Program-made: the position numbers and the translations under genes
NCBI GenBank assembly: GCA_038897215.1
Contig: JAWAWX010000001.1
Location: 608,001 to 672,000, forward strand
From: Acidilobaceae archaeon
Lineage (GTDB): Archaea > Thermoproteota > Thermoprotei_A > Sulfolobales > Acidilobaceae
DNA: 64,000 nucleotides
Direction of reading: 5' to 3'
Part shown: piece after piece, positions 19,315 to 27,067 of the stretch
Layout of the letters: every line of letters starts with the position of its first letter
Numbering within the stretch: the stretch's first letter is position 1
The notes under the pieces: generated by a model
What the model was told of the DNA's origin: nothing
The model's database searches: none
What the model saw: the letters and a program-made list of their open reading frames with translations, nothing else

Positions 19315-20061
19315 GTGGAGTGGCTCTTGGAGCTCGTGTTGAAGAGGTTTGGTGAGAGCGAGCTCAAGGGCTCGGTTTTGATAACAGGGTTCAGAGGCTT
19401 CGGAATGGTCGGCTATCTCGCCTCTAAGCATCTAGCTCTAGCTCTTAGAGCTGAGAAAGCGGGGGTGATCCTGCTGAGAGATACGCCAGCATTCATAGCC
19501 GTTGAGGAGGACGGAGTAGGATACCCCTTCGAGGTATACTACTCGCCAAAGCATAGAGCCACGATACTACTCAATAGAGCCGTGCCTCAGGGGAGAGCTC
19601 TTGCTGAGTACGGTCGCGGCGTAGTAGAGTGGGTTGAGAGAGTAGGCTTCAACTACGTGATCCTAATCGGGGGGCTCAATAGAGAATTCAAGCCTGGTAG
19701 CGACACCTACGGGTATAGATGGCTTAAGAACTCAGAGTATAGAGGACCGCACCTCCAGGCTCCAGAGTTAGAGGAGGGCCTCGGAGTCGTGGGCCCACTA
19801 GCGTATCTCTACATGCTTCTAGATGTTAAGCGCATCCCTACAGTAATGGTTCTCTCCTACACGTTCCCCGAGGCTATCGACTACGATGCTGTCCTCGTAG
19901 CTGTTAGAGTAGTAGCTAGAGACTTGCTCGGAGCAGACCTAGCATTCGAGGAGCTCGAAGCTCTAGCTAAGAAGCAGAGAGACGAGATAGAGAAGATAAT
20001 AAGGATGCTCGAAGTCGAGACAGCTAGAGCCTCCGAGGAGGCTAGAGGGATGTACATGTAG
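19315..20061 (+). CDS. PAC2 family proteasome assembly chaperone/activator (PbaA/PbaB-like)
   Basis: ITGFRGFGMVGYLA, LIGGL, VVGPLA; C-terminal HbYX motif (MYM). Confidence 0.85.
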   Translation: MEWLLELVLKRFGESELKGSVLITGFRGFGMVGYLASKHLALALRAEKAGVILLRDTPAFIAVEEDGVGYPFEVYYSPKHRATILLNRAVPQGRALAEYGRGVVEWVERVGFNYVILIGGLNREFKPGSDTYGYRWLKNSEYRGPHLQAPELEEGLGVVGPLAYLYMLLDVKRIPTVMVLSYTFPEAIDYDAVLVAVRVVARDLLGADLAFEELEALAKKQRDEIEKIIRMLEVETARASEEARGMYM

Positions 20062-20066
20062 GTAGG

Positions 20067-21599
20067 CTAGCACCTCTCAACAGTCTCTGCTCCGAGCTCT
20101 CGAGCCTCGAGGCCAGCGACTCTCTGCCAGTACACGTCGCTACAGTACTCGACTAGAAGTCTAGCTCCTGCTCTCCTAGCTTTAGCGGCTAGAGCTCTCA
20201 CGAAGTAAGCGAGTAGCTCGACTACTCTCTCATCCAGAGTCTCGCTTACCACGCTTTGAGTAGTCGGGTATACTCCGCAAAGCTTCTCCGGGATGAGGCC
20301 TAGGAGTGGCTTATAGTACACTACGACCTCTCCGCTTCTCCAAGCTACCCCCACGTCTAGCAAGCACTCAGTCTCATCTACTAGAGGCTTGAGGACTACT
20401 CTCTCCGCTCTCTCTAAGAGCTTATCTATTATGGCTGATGCTCTTTTATGATATCTCACTAGCTTAGGGTTCCAGGAGCTCTCGAGAGTCGATAGCTTCA
20501 GAGCTCTCGCTCTCCCTCCAGCTTCCGGAGTGTGCTCCTCGAGGTACTTGATGTACCTCCTCATCCTTAGAAGACACTCGTATGCTCTAGGGTGGCTTGC
20601 AGAGAGCTCTAGGAGATACTCCCAGAGCCTGCCCTCTCTTATAGCCTGCTTAGTCTTCTCTATACTCCTCCTTATGACGTAGAGGTTGTGGAGAGCTACT
20701 AGCTTGACTCTCTCCCCCGGCTCGGCTCCAGCTAGGTCTTCAGCGGACCGGGTCGAGCACACGGGGCACTCGCATGGTAGGTGCTGGAGCTCTCTCACCT
20801 CGTAGACCCCGTTTTCCGTCATGTACCTCCCGTCTCTCGCGTAGAGTATGTAGGAGGCTGAGTCGAAGGAGTCTACTCCGAGAGCTACAGCGAAGGGGAT
20901 GATTAGAGGGTGGCCTGCTCCGAAGAGGTGGACTGGTCTGCCGGCTGGGAGGACTCTCTTAGCCGCGTATATCATGTCGAGGATCGTGGTGAACTCGTAC
21001 CTCTCCAGGAAGACAGTAGGGCTGCCTATACCGTACATGAAGTACCCTCGTAGGAGCACTGCTCGCCTAGCAGACTCCTCAACTAAGTCTAGATATCTGC
21101 CCCCTTGGATCGGCATGACCCAAGCCTGGTCCGAGTCGGCTATGAGGCTCTCCGCCTCTCTCCCTCTTCTCAGAGTCTCCTCAACGGTCCTTCTGGCTGT
21201 CTCGTAGTCCACGTCTCCTGTGGGCACGTCTAGTATGACCGCTATATCGCTACCTATGGCTTTCTCGTACTCAACTATCTCTCTTTGCTCTACGTCTATG
21301 TCTCCGTACTCTAGTATCTGGTAGGCTCCAGAGTCCGTCATCACGACTCCATCGAACCCGAGGAATGAGTGTACCCCCTTCTCAGCGACTACGCTACCGT
21401 ATCTCTTCTTCAGCAAGTAGGCGTTAGTTATGATTTGCTTGAAGCCAGCTCTCCTGATCTCCTCTACGCTGACCTCTTGTCTGGCTACGTCTACTACCGG
21501 GAAGAAAGCTGGAGTCTCTAGAGTCCTACCTCTTACCCTAATCCTCCCTATCCGCCCAGCTAGGTCTATGTCTCTGATCTCGAATGTGGGCTGAGCTAA
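20067..21599 (-). CDS. tgtA: Archaeosine tRNA-guanine(15) transglycosylase, catalytic subunit (N-terminus extends beyond tracked start 21416)
   Basis: MTDSGAYQ, HLFGAGHP, DSFDSASY, CECPVC and HNL. In-frame upstream sequence reads FEIRDIDLAGRIG...ETPAFFPV...IITNAY. Confidence 0.92.
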   Translation of the reverse strand, partial: LAQPTFEIRDIDLAGRIGRIRVRGRTLETPAFFPVVDVARQEVSVEEIRRAGFKQIITNAYLLKKRYGSVVAEKGVHSFLGFDGVVMTDSGAYQILEYGDIDVEQREIVEYEKAIGSDIAVILDVPTGDVDYETARRTVEETLRRGREAESLIADSDQAWVMPIQGGRYLDLVEESARRAVLLRGYFMYGIGSPTVFLERYEFTTILDMIYAAKRVLPAGRPVHLFGAGHPLIIPFAVALGVDSFDSASYILYARDGRYMTENGVYEVRELQHLPCECPVCSTRSAEDLAGAEPGERVKLVALHNLYVIRRSIEKTKQAIREGRLWEYLLELSASHPRAYECLLRMRRYIKYLEEHTPEAGGRARALKLSTLESSWNPKLVRYHKRASAIIDKLLERAERVVLKPLVDETECLLDVGVAWRSGEVVVYYKPLLGLIPEKLCGVYPTTQSVVSETLDERVVELLAYFVRALAAKARRAGARLLVEYCSDVYWQRVAGLEARELGAETVERC

Positions 21600-22042
21600 A
21601 CCTTCACACCCTTAGACCTCAAGTATTCTAGGTATAGAGTGTGCACTTTCTGAGCCATGGGTCCAGAGCCTTCGACGCCATTAGAACTCACTCTAATCAT
21701 CTTCCCGATTTCTACGACGTTAACGTCCTCGTAGACCTTCACTAGATGCCTCCCTATTCCTCCTTGAGTGATGAGAAACTCAGCGAACTCCTTGGCGTCG
21801 AAGACAGAGCCCTCTTCTAGTATGATCTCGCTTATGCTAGAGCCACTGATGAAGACTAGAGGCCAGGAGCGCCCATCGGAGTCTACGGCTCTCTCTAGTA
21901 GCAGATTGAGGTTGCTTAAATCGAAGCCTCCTAGCTTACCCCTATAGAGCCTCCCGTTAGTCAGCCTAACCGATATCTCCTTATCAAGGAGACCCGACAT
22001 CTTCGAGTAGAGCCTCCTACTCGCCTCCGAGGGTACCGACAT
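21596..22042 (-). CDS. Sm-like protein SmAP3 (augmented Lsm)
   Basis: Sm1 (VRLTNGRLYRGKLGGFD..NLNLLL) and Sm2 motifs plus a C-terminal domain. Confidence 0.88.
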   Translation of the reverse strand: MSVPSEASRRLYSKMSGLLDKEISVRLTNGRLYRGKLGGFDLSNLNLLLERAVDSDGRSWPLVFISGSSISEIILEEGSVFDAKEFAEFLITQGGIGRHLVKVYEDVNVVEIGKMIRVSSNGVEGSGPMAQKVHTLYLEYLRSKGVKV

Positions 22043-22102
22043 CTACCCCACCCCTCCAGCTAGAGCCCAAAAAGCAGGTCTATAAGCTTATCTAGAAGCA
22101 CG

Positions 22103-22264
22103 AGTAGGTCTAGAGGAGTACTCCTCTCATCCTACTAACCTCACGCAGGAAACGCGGAGAGTTAGCGCTAAGTCTCGACTTAGCTGAGAGCAAGGCTACA
22201 TACATGCCTCTATCTAGAGTACTTGCTTCCAGATCCTCTCTTCTGGAGAGCAATCCTTAATAAT
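22103..22264. promoter_or_regulatory. Palindrome cluster and putative promoter between divergent genes
   Basis: AGAGGAGTACTCCTCT 22112-22127; GCTAAGTC-TC-GACTTAGC 22167-22184; TCCAGA-N8-TCTGGA 22228-22247; TTAATAAT ~22257. Confidence 0.5.
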
Positions 22265-22306
22265 AGGGGGGGTTGCTTAATGTACTCGACTATGAGGTGA
22301 GTCGAG

Positions 22307-22789
22307 GTGAGAGTCGTTAGAAAAGAGGTCTTAGCCATTGTCGCCATAGCCTTGCTGGCAGCTCTAGCAGGCTACTACGCTCTCCAGGTCTATGCTCAAG
22401 AGCAGGCCTCCAGCCAGGTCTGCTCTGGCACCGCTAAGGCTTTCGAGAATCGCGAGAAACACATGCTACACAAGAGTTTCGCCAAGAAGCTAGCGCGCCA
22501 CGCTCTAGCAGCTAGATTCATCGAGGTCAGTCCAGAGTACGCGTCGGAAGTCGAGAAGATACTGAGAGAGAACCCTGAGACAGCAACGCTCCTAGAGGAG
22601 GGCTTCACTATAGCTAAGATCAAGCCTCTGGTCAGAGCATACGTGGGAGCGGGCGGAGAGGTGACGCTGAAGGCCACGCAGGCGATAGTGGTGCTGAAGA
22701 AGGGCTCTGAGGCGTGCTATGCGTACCTAGTAGACTTATCGAATGGGACTGTAACCAAGCTACCGCAACTAAACAAGCTAGCGAAGTAG
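22307..22789 (+). CDS. Secreted/membrane-anchored hypothetical protein
   Basis: GAGGTGA SD; signal peptide; C-terminal YLVDLSNGTVTK, a PepSY-like ending. Confidence 0.75.
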   Translation: MRVVRKEVLAIVAIALLAALAGYYALQVYAQEQASSQVCSGTAKAFENREKHMLHKSFAKKLARHALAARFIEVSPEYASEVEKILRENPETATLLEEGFTIAKIKPLVRAYVGAGGEVTLKATQAIVVLKKGSEACYAYLVDLSNGTVTKLPQLNKLAK

Positions 22790-22882
22790 AGCGAGGAATT
22801 CAGCGATAAGAGCTATCCAACCTCCCTCTGTCCACGATATCTTTTTCCCTCTCTCCATGAGACTTCTCAGCGGGGATGGAGA

Positions 22883-23380
22883 GTGCTAGATTCTAGTAGG
22901 CTCGAGCTGGTTGCAGTCCTAGCTGCTTCTATTCTAGTCGCTACTCTCTTCCCCGTAGCAGTGTACATAACCTATCCCGATGTGAGAGGATACGAGCCAG
23001 GCTTGGAGGAGGTCTTATCAGAAGATTTGGTATTGAGACCTCCACGATTTCTCGTAGGCTCAGCTAACAGTGTTCTCTATAGAGGCAGGAGTGTAGAAGC
23101 TCTTAAAGACTCTAGCTTCCACGAGCACACACAGAGAGCCAGGCATCTAGTAGTCTTCACTGAAAGAGAAGGCAGAGCCATCTTAGTCCTACTCCCTCAC
23201 TACTTAGATAGAGCAAGTGGAGCTCTCGTTTCCGGAGAAGAACTCGCTAAAGCTATACGAGCGAGAGAGGCTCTGCTAGTAGTCGAGTTCTTTGAGACGC
23301 ATAGAGGCAGGGTAGGTGTTGTTGTTGAGGTGAAGCTAGAGGATAGGGAGTACGTGGCTCTTAGAGCTAGCAGGCGGTGA
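22883..23380 (+). CDS. Membrane-anchored hypothetical protein
   Basis: One N-terminal TM helix followed by a beta-rich domain. Confidence 0.7.
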   Translation: MLDSSRLELVAVLAASILVATLFPVAVYITYPDVRGYEPGLEEVLSEDLVLRPPRFLVGSANSVLYRGRSVEALKDSSFHEHTQRARHLVVFTEREGRAILVLLPHYLDRASGALVSGEELAKAIRAREALLVVEFFETHRGRVGVVVEVKLEDREYVALRASRR

Positions 23381-23383
23381 GTC

Positions 23384-23941
23384 TTGAATCTCTATCAGCT
23401 CGCCTTAGCTGCTCTAAGCGCGCTCTCCGCTATCCTCCTCATCTATATCTCTTACATCATCTTAAGAGTCTATCTGAGAGTTGGAGAGAGCCCTCTCGGC
23501 TATCTTTCTCTCTTCTTCGCTATCCTAGCCGTTAGCCAGGTTGCTTCAACGGCTTCTCACTTAGTCGATGACCCTCGAGTTTCTCTCTCGCTATACTCGT
23601 CTTCGTCCTCTATAGCTTCAGCAGCATTCATCATACTACTCTACTCAATAAGCCGGTCTAGAAGAGAAGAGGTTTACGCTATAGCTCTCCCCGCACTTCT
23701 AACATCCTCCCCCGATCTGATCGCCTCTATTCTCTCTCTCGCTTCCTCTCTCTCAGTTAAAGGGAGAGCTCTCAAAGCATACCTCATGGCTCTCTCTATA
23801 GCGTTCTTTCTAAAGGGTCTCAGCGCTCTCCTACTAGCTTCTCTAACAGGCTTGTACTTAGCGCTAGCATCAGAGCTTCTGAGAGCAATCGTGACTCTCC
23901 TCTTCGCCATCTATCATGCTAGAAGGGTAGCAGGGTCATGA
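23384..23941 (+). CDS. Polytopic membrane protein (~6 TM), possible sensor domain
   Basis: Hydrophobic helices; translationally coupled (ATGA) to the wHTH gene. Confidence 0.75.
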   Translation: MNLYQLALAALSALSAILLIYISYIILRVYLRVGESPLGYLSLFFAILAVSQVASTASHLVDDPRVSLSLYSSSSSIASAAFIILLYSISRSRREEVYAIALPALLTSSPDLIASILSLASSLSVKGRALKAYLMALSIAFFLKGLSALLLASLTGLYLALASELLRAIVTLLFAIYHARRVAGS

Positions 23942-24216
23942 GGAAGAGAAGTAGGCTTGACCTCATACTAGAGGTCTTGGAAGCTGTCTACGAGGAGGGA
24001 GACTCTAACCCTACTCGGCTCTCTCTAAGAGTAAATCTGTCCTACGATAGGCTCAAGAAGCTGCTCGACGAGCTCGAGAAAAGAAGGCTAATAGAGATAT
24101 CGCCATCCAATAATAGAAAGGGGTCTATGAGAGTGACGCTGACACGCGAAGGAGAGAAGCTCATGCTCGAACTCAAGAGGCTGAAGAGAGTGGTCGAGGA
24201 CTACGGTCTCATCTAG
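23938..24216 (+). CDS. Winged-helix transcription regulator (COG3432/HTH_45-like)
   Basis: RKRSRLDLILEVL...PTRL....NLSY..L...L..L...LT..G. Confidence 0.88.
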   Translation: MRKRSRLDLILEVLEAVYEEGDSNPTRLSLRVNLSYDRLKKLLDELEKRRLIEISPSNNRKGSMRVTLTREGEKLMLELKRLKRVVEDYGLI

Positions 24217-24266
24217 AAGGAGCGAAGGTTGACTTATATAAGCTTCGTGTCTAAGCGGTTCTGCTT

Positions 24267-24620
24267 ATGAGGAGTTCTGGCTTGGGGAGCGTGGTCTTCA
24301 CTGCTAGAGTCTCTAGCGTGAAGCCGGGGTTTATCAGAGGCCAGCTCATAGCTACAGCCGAGTACCCCGGGGGGCTGATGGTTTTCGACGCTATAGAGAG
24401 TCTCTTCAGCGTCAAGGAGGGAGAGTTGCTCGAGGTCCGAGTGAGCGATGAGAAGCCAGGGAATCTAGACGAGCTAGACTTCTGCGGTCACGGCTATCTG
24501 GCTGCAGAGGAGGAGATAGGGGAGACTGTTCTCTCACTCTGGGGTATAGTGTTTAGATTCAAGCCTCCTCTAGGGCTCGAGATGGGGCGCAAGTACTATC
24601 TCTGCTTGAAGAAGCTGTAG
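24267..24620 (+). CDS. rpo8: DNA-directed RNA polymerase subunit Rpo8 (G)
   Basis: OB-fold pattern with FD...L...EG....EKP and DFCGHGY...SLWG. Confidence 0.85.
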   Translation: MRSSGLGSVVFTARVSSVKPGFIRGQLIATAEYPGGLMVFDAIESLFSVKEGELLEVRVSDEKPGNLDELDFCGHGYLAAEEEIGETVLSLWGIVFRFKPPLGLEMGRKYYLCLKKL

Positions 24621-24684
24621 AGAGCGATATGCACTCACGGAGACCCCCCTCTCTCAGGGCTCTGGGGAGGCTTTCGGAGGGTCG

Positions 24685-26280
24685 TTGTTGGACTTCTCTC
24701 AGCTAGAGAGAGCTCCTCTACTCGTGAGGGTAGCGGCTCTCATAGCTTCTCTAGCGGTATTCCTGCTAGTTCTCGGGGCAGTCCTGGGTCTCCTCGAGAC
24801 CCGCTTGCTAGCTCTCCTCCCATCAGCTGTAGTAGCGCTCGTCTTAGCTATCCTCGCTCTCCACGGTGCTCGAGCCCTCCTAGCCCGCGCTAGCGTAGCC
24901 GTTCTATTCTCCTCTCAGAGCGAGAGTAGCTCTGGAGAGCATTGTAGAGCTCTAGCTCTAGACTTGAGGAGCGGTAGAGCTGAGGATGCTTCGAGAGAAC
25001 TCTCTAAGATAATCGGAGAGAGAGCTAGGAGGACTAGCGCTAGGTACGCTGTAGTAACCGGGCTCTCTGGCTCTCTCTCGAGAACAGTTCTAGCTGTTCT
25101 GGGAAAGCCCGAGGTGGTAGAGCACGAGTACTTGGTGTTGAAGAAGCTGCTCCCCTCAGCTATCCCCGGCTTGAGAGCTCTCGAGGAGAGCTGGATTTGC
25201 TCAAGTAGCTTAAGCGAGATGACTAGAAGACTGAGTCTAGGCTTCGGAGCCCCTCTGGTTCACTCTTTCCCAAGCCCTCCTCCATGTTCTAGCGATGAGA
25301 ACTCAGTGGTCCTAGGAGAGCTCCTAGACTTCCCCGGAGAGGAGTTCAGAGTCTCTCGAGCAGACATATCGAAACACGTGGCTGTCTTCGGGTCAACGGG
25401 GTCGGGTAAGTCTACGACTCTCTCCTCTCTAGCTGTAGCGGCTAGAAAGCTGGGCTTCTCAGTACTCGTTCTAGACTGGACTGGAGAGTACCCCCAGCTC
25501 TTAGCTAGAGCTGGAGCCGTCTTCGAACTCCTCAACCCAGCTAGAGGGCAGGCTTCTCTAAACCCTCTAGAGTCTGTTGAAGACGAGGAGATGCTGCTAA
25601 ACATAATGGGTAAAGCTTTGAGCCTAACAGGACCCCAGTCTTATCTCCTCGTGAAAGCCATGGAGGGAGAGAAGCCTAGAAGCTTGAGAGAACTCGAGAC
25701 CAGGCTGGAGGAGCTACCCGAGGAGTCTAAGTGGGATAGAGAGGTTAAGAGAGCTCTCCTCAGGAAGATCGCTCTACTCACGAGAGGCTCTTATCCCGCG
25801 TTCTCGAAGACCACTCTGCCGGAGCTAGAAGGGCTGAAGGTAGTCGATATGAGTAGCGTGAGAGGCTGGGTTGCTAGGAAGAGTTATGCTCTCTTCATGC
25901 TCGCTACTCTCTTCGCTAGAAGAGAGCGCGAAGGCTCCGGTAGCCCTCTCCTAGTCGTCATAGACGAGGCTCACAACATACTCTACGGGGAGGAGCAACT
26001 CTTCGTAGAGCAGCTATTCGCAGAAGCTAGGAGATACGAGCTCAGCCTAGCTATCGCTACCCAATCCCCATCCTCTATACCGAACGGGGTTCTCTTGAAC
26101 GCCAACACTAAGATCGTTCACGCTCTGAAAAGCGCTAGAGACAAGACTCTCATAGCTGAAACCATGAGTCTCCCGCAAGAGTACCTAGAGGTTCTCGATA
26201 AGCTCGAGCCTGGAGTAGCTCTAGCTCAGACCCCCTCTTGTAGTAGAGCTCTCCTTCTGAGAGTCAAGCTCAGCAACTAG
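24685..26280 (+). CDS. Membrane-anchored HerA/VirB4-like (DUF87) ATPase
   Basis: 2 N-terminal TM helices; HVAVFGSTGSGKS, LDWTGEY, VIDEAH, RRY, ATQSP. Confidence 0.85.
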   Translation: MLDFSQLERAPLLVRVAALIASLAVFLLVLGAVLGLLETRLLALLPSAVVALVLAILALHGARALLARASVAVLFSSQSESSSGEHCRALALDLRSGRAEDASRELSKIIGERARRTSARYAVVTGLSGSLSRTVLAVLGKPEVVEHEYLVLKKLLPSAIPGLRALEESWICSSSLSEMTRRLSLGFGAPLVHSFPSPPPCSSDENSVVLGELLDFPGEEFRVSRADISKHVAVFGSTGSGKSTTLSSLAVAARKLGFSVLVLDWTGEYPQLLARAGAVFELLNPARGQASLNPLESVEDEEMLLNIMGKALSLTGPQSYLLVKAMEGEKPRSLRELETRLEELPEESKWDREVKRALLRKIALLTRGSYPAFSKTTLPELEGLKVVDMSSVRGWVARKSYALFMLATLFARREREGSGSPLLVVIDEAHNILYGEEQLFVEQLFAEARRYELSLAIATQSPSSIPNGVLLNANTKIVHALKSARDKTLIAETMSLPQEYLEVLDKLEPGVALAQTPSCSRALLLRVKLSN

Positions 26281-26844
26281 TCTCGAGACAGTCTCGACTA
26301 GACTCGGGTCTCTCTCGAGCCAGTCTATAGAGACTCCCGTGTTCCAGCTCTCGATAGACTTCAAGACCTCCTCGACAACCTCTAGAGCACTCCTACCAGT
26401 GCAGTCTATCTCGACCACGTCGCTCGAACTATCTAAGAGCTCTTCAGCTATAACGTTGAAAGCCTCGGCTAGAGTGTTCTCTAGGATCTTCGCTGAGCTC
26501 CAGCCTCTAGACTCTAGTCTCTTCTTCAAAACCAGGGGGTGTAAGCGGAGCAAGACTACGAGAGCCACGTGTTCTCCGGCATGCTCTAGCCAGAGAGAGG
26601 GGCTCACGTCAGCAACCACAGCGCAAGAGCTTAGAGACTCGGCGAAGCTCGCTACAGCTTCTCCAGCTCTCTCAGCCAAGACTACTCTAGCCTCTCTACC
26701 AGTAGGGTCGGGAGCTAGAGCCCCCTTCTCCTCGTAGACCACGCGTGCTTCAACGAAAACGCAGCCCAAGAGCTCAGCTAGGAGAGAGCCCACGCTAGAC
26801 TTGCCGACACCAGGAGTCCCTACAACCAAGACTAGAAAGGGCAT
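26221..26844 (-). CDS. Adenylate kinase, AK6/Fap7 type
   Basis: GTPGVGKS; RLESRGWS..KI.EN..AE; C-terminal IDWL. Confidence 0.85.
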   Translation of the reverse strand: MPFLVLVVGTPGVGKSSVGSLLAELLGCVFVEARVVYEEKGALAPDPTGREARVVLAERAGEAVASFAESLSSCAVVADVSPSLWLEHAGEHVALVVLLRLHPLVLKKRLESRGWSSAKILENTLAEAFNVIAEELLDSSSDVVEIDCTGRSALEVVEEVLKSIESWNTGVSIDWLERDPSLVETVSRLVAELDSQKESSTTRGGLS

Positions 26845-27067
26845 CTAGCAACTCTCCCCAGTTAGAGCTCTCAGAGAGCTATCTTTAAAGCACTCCCCGA
26901 AAGAGGCTACAAGGCTCTCTCTGAGTAAAGTCAGAGCTCTATCCTCTCCCCTCTTTGGAGAGTAGCTCTCCTTAGGCGCGCCATGCCTATGATCAAACTT
27001 TAAAAGGCGAGCGGGTATAGTATATTTATTACTATCGTTTATGGTTACGCGTGCTGGGTGAGGGGGA

